Assembly: GCA_964016885.1 (NCBI GenBank)
Contig: OZ024748.1
Span: 58,776,001-58,840,000, forward strand
DNA: 64,000 nucleotides
Origin: Eledone cirrhosa
Lineage: Eukaryota
Direction of reading: 5' to 3'
The notes under the pieces were generated by a model, which worked only from the letters and a program-made list of their open reading frames with translations, was not told the DNA's origin and did no database searches. Positions 1-14,662 of the stretch are shown here, in pieces. Numbering within the stretch: the stretch's first letter is position 1; each line of letters begins with the position of its first letter. Both the position numbers and the translations under genes were made by a program.

Positions 1-1299
1 AAATATTAACTATAACATCTCTTGGAGGAAAGTTTGTTCTGCCTCTCCCTACTTGAATGCCTCCCTATCCAGAACGTGTAATCTGTGTCTATGTGAGAAA
101 TTTACCATTATATCTAATTTAGATTCTATAATAAATAGACGCACTGACTTATTTTCTCTCTGCTTGCATAAATTCCACAGAACATTCCATAAAGTATACA
201 GCTAAAATCTAATACTTTACCAGTTTAAAATCCTTTTTCTCAAAGGCTTATATATATATTTCTTTAAAAATATACCTATCTTTCTACCTTATTTCAATGT
301 TATTTATTATACATTATGTAATACTAGTTACTCATTCTATATCATTCCTACTTATCACTTTCCTTTCTTCCTCTTTTCTTTTAATTTCTAACCTCTAGTC
401 TGTACTTTTTCTTCCTAAATACTTCTTAATTCTTATTATTACTCACCACAATATCAACTCTTCCTTCTTCCTTCATATCATTGGCCATAAAACTTATTAT
501 TACTTTTTAAATACTTTATAGTATTACCTTTAAAAATCCTTCGTAAACATAAACATCTTTTTAAAGTTAGATTATTCCTCCTCAGTTCATTATATTTTTC
601 TCCCTTTCATGCTCGTCTAACTTTTACACATTACATATCACAATACATAAAAACAAACTTAAACCCTAACTAATCTCCTTTATTACATTATATTATTACA
701 ATTAGGAAATACTTCATAAACATAAATATTTTGATGTTAGTCTTCTCTTCCTTAAACACTATTTTCTTCTTTGCTTTCTGCGCTCATGTGTAAACAAACT
801 ATTTACATATATTACGCATACATATTACATTACATAAAAACAAACTTAAACACTAACTAATTCCTCTAAATTCATAATTCATCCACTCTTCTACTTCTTT
901 TCACATTATATCCTTAATAACATTAATATTTTTATTTTAATAATACATATTAACAATTTCTTTTCCTCGCACATATTATTAAACCCTTCAATATACAAAC
1001 CTTAATTTAATATTATTCTTAATACATATTAACAATTTCTTTTCATCGCACATATTATTTAGCAACCAAAGTATATATGTTACCGTTATAGGGAATATAA
1101 AGTTATCGTTTTATCGTGTTTATCATATTTTTAATTTACAAGAAAATACGTATATTCGACATGTTTACATGCCAATACTCTACAAATATGTAAAGATATA
1201 TGAACATTTACGCAATTTCGGTTACTTCGTCGAATGCTTCGGCTACTTAGCGCACACCTTAATATATATCTTACTTAACTACTAACATAGTCTAGGGAG

Positions 1300-1475
1300 G
1301 GTAAAATTCCCGAGATCCATGGACGAGTTTTCTCCAGCGATCTGTCCCTCATTATCGCTGCCATGTCCTGCGTCTCCAAGATGCCAGTGTCTGTCCTTAG
1401 GGCATCAACATATGTTAACCTCGGTCTTCCTCTTCCAGTGTCAATTTTGGATGTTAACTACTAACATCTTGCTCC
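1300..1475 (-). mobile_element. RTE-type LINE 3' fragment
   Basis: Minus frame TGRGRPRLTYVDALRTDTGILETQDMAAIMRDR matches the RTE-clade ORF C-terminus (GRP..TY.D.L..D.G....M.DR). Confidence 0.65.
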
Positions 1476-1597
1476 TTATATATTTCTTTTTGCCATTCCA
1501 CTCCTTTTTGTATTTTAACCATTCAGTGATGTTCTACCCAACAATAGAAAACCTCCTAGTGCTAATAATATGGAAATTAGTACATCCAAATTATTGA

Positions 1598-1808
1598 AGG
1601 CGGGTGGCTGAGTGGTTAGAGAATTGGAATCGCAATCGTGAGATTGAGTTCGATTCCTGATTTGGGCGATGCGTTATATCCTTGAGCAAGACACTTTATT
1701 TCACGTTGCTCCTTCTACCTGGAGTTGCGACCGATAGATAGTATTAGCAATTGGAAAGACCAATGGAAACATTGTTTCCTCGGTCCGATTTGACGAAAGC
1801 CGATTGTT
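1598..1808 (+). mobile_element. tRNA-derived SINE with CORE-like domain, copy 1
   Basis: A box tggctgagtgg, B box gttcgattcc, then tccttgagcaagacactt. Near-duplicate at 2062-2278. Confidence 0.75.
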
Positions 1809-2061
1809 CCTTAGTACATTCATTTAGGGATACTAATATGTGATAGGGTATATGAGCCCCTTGTTTACACATCCTTCTGGTTGTTAAGGTAATGTAAATA
1901 CCTTCTAATGAGAATGCAACAAGGTTCAAAATTGGATTAAATGTGTTTATCATGTTTGTTTTTTTTTTGTTTTTAAATCTGTAAGGAAAACCGTATTTTT
2001 GGCATGTTTCCATTAACTTATCCTAAAATGCGCATAATTATATATACATTCACATAGTGAA

Positions 2062-2278
2062 TGCGTGTGGCTGAGTGGTTAGAGAGTTGGATTCGCAATC
2101 TTGAGGTTGTGAGTTCGGTTCCTGGACCGGGCGATGCGTTATGTCCTTGAGCAAGACACTTTTTTTTATTTCACGTTCCTCCTTCTACATGGAGTTGCTC
2201 CCGATAGATAGTACTAGCAACTGGAAAGACCAACGGAAACATTGTTTCCTTGGTCCGATTTGACGAAAGTCGATCCAT
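2062..2278 (+). mobile_element. tRNA-derived CORE-like SINE, copy 2
   Basis: Same head and same atypical tail (ccgatagatagta.tagcaa.tggaaagaccaa.ggaaacattgtttcct) as copy 1. Confidence 0.75.
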
Positions 2279-2334
2279 CCTTCGCATAGTGACGTTTACC
2301 TCAATTCAATATATACAGATATAATTTCATGATA

Positions 2335-3285
2335 TATGTGTCTGTGTATACATATATATATATATATATATGTATGTATGTGTGTGTCTATACATATGTA
2401 TGTATTTGTATGTATATATGTATGTATTTGTATGTATATATGTATTTGTATGTATATATACATATATGTATTTGTATGTATATATGTATGTGTATGTATA
2501 TATGTATTTGTATGTATATATGTATTTGTATGTATATATGTATTTGTATGTATATATGTATGTGTATGTATATATGTATTTGTATGTATATATGTATTTG
2601 TATGTATATATGTATTTGTATGTATATGTATATATATATGTATTTGTATGTATATATGTATTTGTATGTATATATGTATTTGTATGTATATATGTATTTG
2701 TATGTATATGTATATATATATGTATTTGTATGTATATATATATGTATTTGTATGTATATATATGTGTATTTGTATGTGTATATATATATATATGTATGTG
2801 TATGTATATATATATATGTATGTGTATGTATATATATGTATGTGTATGTATATATATATATGTATGTGTATGTATATATATATATGTATGTGTATGTGTG
2901 TATATATATATGTATTTGTATGTATATATATATATGTATTTGCATGTATATATATATATGTATTTGCATGTATATATATATATGTATTTGAATGTATATA
3001 TATATATATGTATTTGTATGTATATATATATGTATTTGCATGTATATATATATATGTATGTGTATGTATATATATATGTATTTGCATGTATATATATATA
3101 TGTATTTGTATGTATATATATATATGTATTTGTATGTATATATATATATATGTGTATTTGAATGTATATATATGTATTTGTGTGTATATATATATGTATT
3201 TGTATGTATGTATGTATTTGTATGTATATATTTATATGTATATATATATGTATGTATATGTATGTTTATATGTATAAATATAATA
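2335..3285. repeat. Compound TA/TATG microsatellite with tatttgtatg anchors
   Basis: Direct reading. Confidence 0.95.
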
Positions 3286-3481
3286 TACCTGTTTTTTGTA
3301 TATATATTATCTCACAGTAAATAAATGTGTAGAACTCATATTGATATTAAACTATTATTAAAAAGTGAAACATAGCCTAACTATTTAGGGCTTTATAGTT
3401 ACATTAAATGCTGCACATTTACAAGCACGCCATTTTCATATTTATTTTTACCAGTAAGACAATTACGTAAAATTACGACAC

Positions 3482-3545
<64 letters not shown>

Positions 3546-3589
3546 ATGTCTGTGAATATATATGTATATAATGTGTGTATATATATATC

Positions 3590-3631
<42 letters not shown>

Positions 3632-4129
3632 TGTGTATGTACTTATGTATCGATAAATGCATATGTACGTAATCATTTATTCATGTATGTATGCAACATA
3701 TATGTATGGAAACATTCAGATTTCCTACGGCTAGTACGTGCTATTTCCATTGAACTTCTTTCAGATATCATTCGTATATTATTGATCTTCTGAAGATCAA
3801 TAGCATTGCCAACTGAAAGATGAAAGTAAGATATTATTACGATTTGTGCGTTCTAAATTCGTTGACGACAATAGCCACGGGCCCATAATTTGCTTTTTAT
3901 CTTTTTGTTCTATTTGCAAAGGTTTTACAGTAGCCGTGACGTAAGCAGCCACTTCAGTTTATGTCTGAACTATCAAAGAACACTCTATAAGTTTTGCCCC
4001 AGTGTGTAGACCTCACTCAACGTCAGCTAGATTTGTTTTCCTTTGTTAAATGCGGTTATAAGTGCTGATGGTCAAAGTTCTTTTCTTCAGACAATCTCAG
4101 GTCTAAATAACTTACATTATAAAGCAAAA

Positions 4130-4880
4130 TATTAACTTTGCCTTTCATCCTTACGGGGTCGATAAAATAAAGTACCGGTAATGTACTGGGTGATTGCTGG
4201 CCTTGTGCCAAAAGTAAAAACAATTATGAAGCAAAATATATAGCGTTTTATGTCAGCGTTTGCACATTTCAGAGATTGACGCATGCCTCGGTGAATGGTT
4301 ATGTAGTTCGTTTTCCACCTAAAGACTTCTTTTCGTTCACTTATTCCTGGGAGAATCGTAGGAGCAGATTTTCCCAGAATGCTCCTACCCTCTCCATCTG
4401 ACCCAGTTGGATCTCGAAGTGAAACCAAACGACTTCATAGGCTTATTCAAAGATCTTACTCGTGGTCTACCTCTGGGTCTCCTGTTATTTTGATTGACGT
4501 TGCCCTTAATATCTGAAAAGCATTGAATTGAATTTGTGACATATGTATGTTCGGAAATAAGTTTCTAATTTTAGCACAAGGCCAGCAATTATCCTAGTAG
4601 ATTACTGATAGTTTATTTTATCGACCCCGTAAGGATGAAAGGCAAAGTTAACCTCGACGGGATTTGAACTCATAAAGGGACATAAATCTATATAATAATT
4701 GTTTCTACTTTTGGCACAAGGCCAGCAATTATCCTAGTGGATTACTGATAGTTTATTTTATCAACCCCGTTAGGATGAAAGGCAAAGTTAACCTCGACGG
4801 GATTTGAAGGCAGACCATAAAGGGCCGTAACTCTTGCAGCAAAGCATGGCGTCCGACCCTCCACCGATACTGACAATCCA
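4130..4880. mobile_element. Dominant tRNA-derived SINE (Meta-domain-like core gcctttcatccttacggggtcgataaaataaagtaccag): 4130-4227(+), 4556-4690(-), 4695-4880(-)
   Basis: Consensus head ggcggtggattggcagtatcggtagag...gagttcaaatcccgccgagg; tail ggccttgtgccaaaagtagaaacaattatt. Superfamily assignment is from memory, not searched. Confidence 0.85.
4310..4485 (-). mobile_element. LINE (RTE/L2-like) 3' fragment
   Basis: Minus frame RPRGRPRVR. Shares atcttactcgtggtctacc with 29750. Confidence 0.45.
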
Positions 4881-5145
4881 CTAATATCAGTTATTTTGTT
4901 GTTATTGATTTTGATTTTCTTTAGCCTCATATCTCTGCCCGTAATAGATTGGTGAGGAGAGATGTAATATATATATCTTATTACACTGAAAAACTAGGAA
5001 GTATGATGAAACTTTCCCATGAGTCGATCCTGTGTCCCAGGTTCATGTTGCTGTATAATCGAGCCCCATATTTTAACGATTTCTGTATTTTCTATGAGTT
5101 ACAGGAATTTTTACATTAATCTATATTTAATTCATATTTAGAAAA

Positions 5146-5180
<35 letters not shown>

Positions 5181-5383
5181 TGTTATACTTTGGGAGGGTC
5201 ATGTTGCCAATAAGAAACACACGCACCAGATGCTTTCACTTCAATTTATTATATATTTATAAATTTATAAATTTACAAATCTACAAACTTATAAATTTCT
5301 GGTTGGTTGGTTGGTTGGTTCCACAACCAGATAGTTGTTTATATATAGTCATAGTCCTTTCGTCACACACTCTGTGACCTCTT

Positions 5384-5384
<1 letters not shown>

Positions 5385-5429
<45 letters not shown>

Positions 5430-5460
5430 TTTATATATATATATATATATATATATACAG

Positions 5461-5495
<35 letters not shown>

Positions 5496-5574
5496 TTTAT
5501 ATATATATATATATATATATATACAGATTTATATATATATATATATATATATACAGATTTATATATATAAATAT

Positions 5575-5645
<71 letters not shown>

Positions 5646-5784
5646 TTTATATATATATATATACAGATTTATATATATATATATACAGATTTATATATAT
5701 ATATATACAGATTTATATATATATATATATATACAGATTTATATATATATATATACAGATTTATATATATATATATATATACAG

Positions 5785-5831
<47 letters not shown>

Positions 5832-5969
5832 TTTATATATATATATAAACAGATTTATATATATATATATAAACAGATTTATATATATATATATATACAG
5901 ATTTATGTATATATATATTTATATATATATATATATACAGATTTATGTATATATATATATTTACAGATT

Positions 5970-6005
<36 letters not shown>

Positions 6006-6142
6006 TTTATATATATATATATATATATATATACAGATTTATGTATATATATATATATATACAGATTTATGTATATATATATATATACAGATTTATGTAT
6101 ATATATATATATACAGATTTATGTATATATATATATATATAC

Positions 6143-6179
<37 letters not shown>

Positions 6180-6311
6180 TTTATGTATATATATATATAT
6201 ATATATATACAGATTTATGTATATATATATATATATATATACAGATTTATGTATATATATATATATATACAGATTTATGTATATATATATATATATATAT
6301 ACAGATTTATG

Positions 6312-6365
<54 letters not shown>

Positions 6366-6459
6366 TTTGTATGTATATATATATATATACAGATTTATGT
6401 ATGTATATATATATATATATACAGATTTATGTATGTATATATATATATATACAGATTTG

Positions 6460-6494
<35 letters not shown>

Positions 6495-6711
6495 ACATAC
6501 AGTCAAAAACACACACATGCACACATACATATATATATACACATACACATATATATATATATGTGTATGTATATGTATATATATATGTGTGTATGTATGT
6601 ATGTGTATATATATATATGTGTATGCGTAAATATATGTATGTGTATTTATGTATATATGCAATAATACATATATACATACATATACACACACACTTTATA
6701 TATATATATAT
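5385..6711. repeat. Compound (TA)n satellite with acagattt anchors
   Basis: Direct reading. Confidence 0.95.
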
Positions 6712-6741
6712 AATAAATGTAATCTGAGTTTTTCGAATATT

Positions 6742-7170
6742 AATAATTGTTTCTACTTTTGGTACAAGGCCAGCAAATACACAGTGGATTACTGGTATTT
6801 TATTTTATTGATCCCGTAAGGATGGAAGGCAAAGTTAATCTCGGCGGGATTTGAACTCAGAATGGTAAATCTATGCGTCAAACCATGGCGTCCGACTCTC
6901 TACCGATACTGCCAATCCCCCGACTGCCAATCCAGAACTGCAGTTCTGTTCGCATGCCAACATAAGAGCAAGAATGAAGTGTTCATTCTGATGACATGGC
7001 TATAAAATTGAGGCTTGTTTGCAAAATTGCAAACGAATCGAATGTTATTATTAATGTTCAAATCCCGCCGAGGTTTACTTTGCCTTTCATCCTTACGGGG
7101 TCGATAAAATAAAGTACCAGTAATGCACTGGGTAATTGCTGGCCTTGTGACTAAAGTAGAAACAATTATT
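6742..7170. mobile_element. Dominant SINE: full copy 6742-6920(-) and 5'-truncated copy 7056-7170(+)
   Basis: The + copy has TSD attattaat (7047-7055 / 7165-7173) and is absent from the sister repeat at 7600. Confidence 0.85.
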
Positions 7171-7458
7171 AATATTCGAAAAACTCGATTACATTTATTG
7201 CATTCAGCCATGTAGAGCGAAATTTTCTTTTGCTTTTGTTTTTTGAATTTGGCAAAGCCGACCATTTATCGCTCGTATACAGGAAACTGACTGGCCAGTC
7301 TGCTGATATGCAAATCTGGCTGATCAGTGGATCGGCTAATATGCAGATCTGACTGATCAGCCAGTCTGCTAATATGCAAATCAGGCCGATCAGTCACTGT
7401 GAATTTTGAAAATAGCATATATTTTCACTAGCTCTGACAGTTTGGCAGGTGAACAGTT

Positions 7459-7506
7459 AGCTGTACTGATGAAGGGTGATACCCAGAAACATTAGTGTCT
7501 GCAGTT
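7459..7506 (+). ncRNA. Type-I hammerhead ribozyme (family A)
   Basis: agctgta-CTGATGA-a-gggt(gat)accc-a-GAAA-cat(ta)gtg-TC|tgcagtt. 7-bp stem I, 4-bp stem II, near-palindromic stem III, GUC cleavage triplet ending at 7499. Confidence 0.85.
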
Positions 7507-7666
7507 CTGTTCGCATGCCAACATAAGAGCAAGAAGAAGGGTTCATTCTACTGACATGGCTATAAAATTGAGGCTTGTTTGCAAAATTGCAAATGAATCG
7601 AATGTTATTATTATTCGAAAAACTCAGATTACATTTAGTGTATTCAGCCATGTAGAGCGAAATTTT

Positions 7667-7723
<57 letters not shown>

Positions 7724-8229
7724 TTATATATAACTAGATTTTCCAAAGGCGAAAATTATAAAATATCAATACAATTTGATAAATTTTGAAAAATAAAAAT
7801 ACGACTAGTTGGTAGATTTGAAACGTTAAAAATGAAAGAAAAAAGAGAAAGAAAGGAAATGAAAAAATAAATAAATAAGCGTCAGTGATGTTGAGATTTC
7901 TCTATTAACTATAACGTTAAGAAATCGATTATTAGGTGTATAAAAGTGAAAAATGAGATATTATATCGGTGAATTTTCTCTTTAATATAGGAATAACACT
8001 TTAAGTTAAAATTTTATAAAATGACATGTAACTAGCTTTGCTTTTTTTTTCGATCTTACTATAATTTCTTGAATATAATACAATATAATATAATATAAAA
8101 TAGTTGAAAATAATTCGGGAATAAAATCCCTTGAGGCGGAAAAAGTAAATAATCGCTGGTGTGACAGGTACCTCACATCTGCCTATATTCCGGAATGCTC
8201 TCTGATTTAACTCACGTCAACTCCGATAG

Positions 8230-8695
8230 AATTAAATATTAAAGATAGGAGGCTCATTAATCCACTGCTTATCTCGGTTTTTGGCGTGAAACGGCTGAGA
8301 GTAAGATACTCCCACTGGACAGAATGTCATTCCATTGTAGGGTTAAACCTCCAGCTATTGCTGGTACGCATTTTCAGCTGAATATACTGGAGCAACGTGA
8401 ATGAAGAGTTTTTCTCAATAACTCAACACAACTTAGGTCAGGAATCTAACCCACGACATCATGATCGTAAGTCCAACACCCTTCCCACTGAGTTAATTCC
8501 CCTGGACAGAACGCCAGTCCATCGCAGGTTTCAACGTCTAACTATAGCTGGTACTCATTTTCAGCTGAGTATACTGGAGCAACGTCAAATGAAGAGCTGT
8601 GCCCAACAATACAACACAACCCTACCGAGGAATGGAGCCCATGACAACATGATAATAATAAATCCTACACTCTTACCACTAGCCCACAACTCCGC
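8230..8695 (-). mobile_element. Two stacked tRNA/CORE-like SINE copies
   Basis: Repeated gctggtac.cattttcagctga.tatactggagcaacgt at 8361 and 8548. tRNA-like heads on the minus strand. Confidence 0.6.
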
Positions 8696-8819
8696 AAATA
8701 TACAATCAATAAAGAGTAATTTAAAGGAGATGTGGATGCATCATTTCGAGGATATGGAGTGGTTTCTTAGTTGGTTCATAGGCTTCTTCGATAGCCCTAT
8801 GGGCAGAATATCGGACAAC

Positions 8820-9235
8820 ATTCTTTGTGGCATGTAGTTACGGTCCTTTATGTTCTGAGACCAAAGCCTTCGGTGTAGATAAAATAAAGTACAAGTGTCG
8901 CACTGGGATCAATTTATTCGACCCCCCCCCCCACTCTTCCATTCAAATTGCTGGCCTTGTGCGAAACGTAGAAATAATTATAATCGTTTTTGTTGTTATT
9001 TTTACTGTTGTGAGGGTGTTGGATTGGCAGTATCGGTAGAGGGTCGACGCCATGCTTTGCAGCATAGAGTTACGGTTCTTTACGGTCTGAGTTCAAATGC
9101 CGCCGCGGTCAACTTTGCCTTTCATCCTTACGGGGCTGGTAAAATAAAGTACCAGTCAGGCACTGGGGTCTATTTAATCGGCTTTCCACTCCACCCAAAA
9201 TTGCTGGGTTTATGTCTATGTAAGAAACCATTATT
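8820..9235 (+). mobile_element. Dominant SINE, two tandem copies (longer-tail subfamily)
   Basis: Core motif plus cactgggg.c.atttaatcg tail. Confidence 0.8.
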
Positions 9236-11337
9236 TTTGCTGTTGTTGTTACGCCTCAGATGAGTACTGATCCTGCACACACGTGTTGGATTAAATAATT
9301 TCCATTTCTGATATTCGTGGTTGATATATAAGATATAGTACATCGATACTGCGTTATCAAATATCTTCTACATCTCATTTAAGAGTGTGTAATGTGGTTT
9401 GATGCCGATCTGCTACTATTTTGGGTGGATTGTCATCCTCGTTAACCTACACAATAAAGTGTTGGCGTATTTTTTGTTGAAATGTCGAATATTTATATAC
9501 CATTTGGTACTGTTCCACTATATTTCTTTAGTCATGTCACTAGGCCAAATGAACACTTAAATCCACACTCCGATATATCTGATCTACTAGTTCACTGTCT
9601 AGCAGTTCCGTATGAAAATTATATCCTATGCTGTTTGTTGGAATAGTGTTACATATATACGGGATCAAAATATATGTACCACTAACGTTATGTGATTTTC
9701 ATTAAGCAGTTTTTTAAACCACATTTCTTTCGCATTGCTTCCATCGCTCTAAAGTTAAACTAGAAGAGTCTTTATCAACATGTCGTGCAGTAGGATTCAA
9801 CTCGAAACCACGTAGGTGCGAAATGAACGGCTTAATCTCTCACACATCTCTATGTTTATATTCTCTTCTAAAAATAAAATATAATCCTTACTAAATCCTT
9901 TCTAAATATACATCTTGGTAAAACAATGATGTATATTTAGAAATGCTTATACACTTTCGTACAGCGTTGTAGATAAATAAACAGCCTCCACTCTGAGATA
10001 AATAATCACATGCAATGGATCTAATACTATTACTATGATACGATAGAGCGTATTTAACTCATTATATGGCACATGTGTCAAGAATGAAACATTTGTAACC
10101 TGGGTATTGATCATAACTATGTTATCGCTATTTCAACTGAAAAGAAAATATTTTCTCGCGTCGATATCTGGTTTGTTCTGTTTTCACAGTTGTTACCATT
10201 TGCTAATCGATAGCCAATTTATCCTTAAATTCATTACAGCACTCGCCGGTTTGTGAATGTTTTTCTAAATTGGTGAGAGATCTGTTTAATTGCAATGCAT
10301 GTACTCTACACTTTAACTGTGCCCAATTCTCTATTATTACTGAAATTATTATTTAATCTATTTCGATGTGGTTATCGGCTTGCTGGCCAATATATACTGC
10401 AACCGAAATTGAGAGTTTGTTATTTTTGTCAATAAAGCCGATTCTGAAAGTTCCAAAATTGTTAAAATAACATAACCAATACCTTTAACGTAAATCCACT
10501 ATCTGCAATCTTCATCATACTAGTCATATTATATTACTTGTGGGAGTTAAACATATTGAAGGAAGTAGAATTTCAGATTGAATCATAAACTTTCAAATTA
10601 GATTGTTTTAATTCAAATCTCACCTTTTTTTTTTTCATCTTTTACAGTTTTTACAATTGTTGATAATATCTAACAAAGAATTACACCAGGGAAAACACAT
10701 ACAATTATACGTAGTTTGATATCGACCGTTAATTTTTCTAATGTACATTTTAAGTTAATCATACCTTCTGTTTTAAAAAATCTTAAATTTCCTTTTCTTC
10801 AATAAATAAACTTAAATAAATAAACGTCTAGTTTTTATGATTAAAAAAATATATATTAGCTGTTTAGCACCTTATAATCCTTTGTTTATGAATGAGAGTG
10901 TTGTAGATTATTTGGTGATAAGATTTACCTCCTAGAGATTACCGTTTGTGTAATGTGACAATTGGACCGTCAACTCTGTATGATTATATAAATAGACGGT
11001 GTAGTTCTCAAATTTTTTGTTTGCATTTTAATGCCTTTCGTAGTTTATCATGGCTTACTAATTCTATACGGATGATTAAATCGATTAAATAAGTATTTTT
11101 TTTAATCTCTTCGACGGTCTCGGTGAAAGAGGGGAGTGAAGTCTAAAGAATTTTCAAATAACAACGAAACCAACTTGGTCGATTCTAATCCCAAACGGCG
11201 TTTGAGTGAAAGAATCGTTAAAGTCGGAAATTTTCTCAACTCTCTACGTTATAATTTCAAATCCTGCCGAGAACGACATTGTACTTCATCCTTTTAGGGT
11301 CGATAAATAAATACCAGTTCATATGCGGGGTTAGGGG

Positions 11338-11502
11338 TAGTGCCGGATTTTCCATCGTGTTTAGGCGTGCTTAAGCAAGGGCCCCGTTGGCCAAGGCGGC
11401 CCATCTTCCTGCCAAAACAAATGTTTACGATGAATGTTTTAAATGTGTGTGACCTTATAACTTAACTAGCACAGGGCCTCATTTGTCCTAAATCCAGTAC
11501 TG
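11338..11502. mobile_element. hAT-like MITE inserted at the 3' end of a SINE
   Basis: TIRs tagtgccggattt / aaatccagtactg. Degenerate 8-bp TSD gttagggg / cttagcgg. Confidence 0.6.
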
Positions 11503-11885
11503 CTTAGCGGGTGGTTGTTTAAGTGTCAAAGGGGATGATATGCAACATTTGTTTCAACTCTGTGTGTTCTGAACTCAAAGCGCACCTCCTATCAATAGAA
11601 AGTGGTCACACTCCTGTCCGGAATTACATCAAGCATCTAGAATCCACACTGGAAAGTCCAATGGAAACACTGTCAGATCAAACTAAGCAAACTATCATCA
11701 CGTTTCCTAATCAAAAAGGCATTTATCTGGTTAATTTCACAACGAAATTAACTCCATTAATATGAATTCATGGGTATGAATCTGTATAAGTATTTATTTA
11801 TGTAATTCATAATTCATGCGTAGTTCAAATGTCTTAGCAACTCCAGTTACAAAGATTTGAACATTTACTATAAACTATTGATATA

Positions 11886-12262
11886 CCCGTGGTGCATGGC
11901 TTGGTGGTTAGAGATTTGGGTTTGCAATCGGAAGGTTGTGAGTTCGATTCTCGGACCGGGTGATGTGGTCCAGTTTACTCAGCTGTAGAAATGAGTTGCG
12001 ATGTCACTGGTGCCAAGCCATTGCCATTCCCTTGGACAACATATTTATATACACTATATATAGTGTATATATGAATTTGTGATAACACTGGCGCCATTTC
12101 CGTTTCCTTGATCAACATTGGTGGCGTGGATTGGGGAGACTTGTATGCATGGACAACTACTGATCTTCCACAAACAACTTTGTATAAACTTTTGCCTTGG
12201 AGGGAAACTTCCTGGGTGCAAATCCCATGGTTATTCGTGACCGAAGAGGATCTTTACATTTT
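11886..12262 (+). mobile_element. tRNA-derived SINE, related family
   Basis: tggcttggtggttagag...gagttcgattctcggaccggg head; body gtttactcagctgtagaaatgagttgcg...; diverged relative at 22625-22890. Confidence 0.65.
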
Positions 12263-13289
12263 TACCAGAGGTTATAATAGAAGATACTTGCACAAGGTAC
12301 CACTCAGTGCAGTTATGGGAGGTGAATTCGAAACCAGTTAGTTGGGAAGCCCTTTTCATAAATACTTTGCCATAAAGGCGCCTAGACTTATTAATAAAAA
12401 TAATCATTTCTATTGATATTTCAAGTTTTATAGTTCAGAGATATTTTGTGTTTGACTCTGAAAGATTCTTGAAATCTCTGGTGATTTATATCGAAAATAT
12501 TTCTAGATTTTATACATCCGCTTTTGCTATTCTCACGACACAATCTTCATTCATTTTCATTTCAATATTCTAATTAATTATAGTTTCCTAATAGTTTTGT
12601 TAGAATTTATTACAATTCCTATTATGGTATTATGTCATCTTTGGAGTGTTTTCGTCTCAAACACTTTGTTTTTCTTACTAACATCATAAATAATGTTATG
12701 TTTCCTTAATACACACAAACACACATATAGACGGAGACACACACACAGACACACACACATATAGACAGACACACAGGCACACACACATAGACACACGCAC
12801 ATAAACACAGACACACACATATAGACACACACACACATATATATAGACAGACAGACAGACACACACACACACACATGCAGAGATGCATACATACATGTAT
12901 GATTGTGTGTGTGTGCGTGCATTATGTTATCAATATCATTTTCTTTAATGGCGTCTATTAAACTTTTAATGTGCTATAAACTTTTCACCATTCTTGCGAG
13001 ACAATTATTTGAAACATTTTAATTATGTATAAAATCATTTATTTTAATGAAAAACAGATTTATTATGTTTCGATATTTAATACAAACGTGGTTCCTGGCG
13101 TAATCCTTCTGTAGGGAAGTTACTTTCTATCATAACTTCGGAATGACCGAGAGTTTGGGAGTGAAACTGAGTAAAAGTCATCAATTTCGACACACCAGAA
13201 CAAATACCATTATTGTATTTTATCCAACAGTTTAGCAATTCTGCCAATCAATCAGCGCCGAATAATATCTCAGCAGCTATTAATTGATG

Positions 13290-14660
<1,371 letters not shown>

Positions 14661-14662
14661 CC

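Larger units (their letters stand above)
6712..7672 (+). mobile_element. Non-autonomous hammerhead-bearing element (family A) with inverted and direct partial terminal repeats
   Basis: 6938-7230 (minus a SINE) is a direct repeat of 7499-7672. 6712-6745 is an inverted copy of part of it. Fold-back centre cagaactg|cagttctg at 6940/6941. TA tracts on both sides. Confidence 0.7.

Noticed and set aside
1-600. Possible decayed LINE ORF1 on the minus strand (GGIQV...PPR..CY-like)
   Set aside because: Needs several frameshifts and the resemblance is too weak to call.
1598-1670. tRNA gene (also 2062, 11890, 22625)
   Set aside because: A/B boxes are present but the cloverleaf is broken and each runs into a SINE body.
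3780-3802. Palindrome tattgatcttc-t-gaagatcaata containing CTGAAGA
   Set aside because: A simple short palindrome without hammerhead topology.
11523-11765. 80-aa complex-sequence ORF
   Set aside because: GTG start, no recognisable domain and no clear splice signals; BLASTX would be needed.
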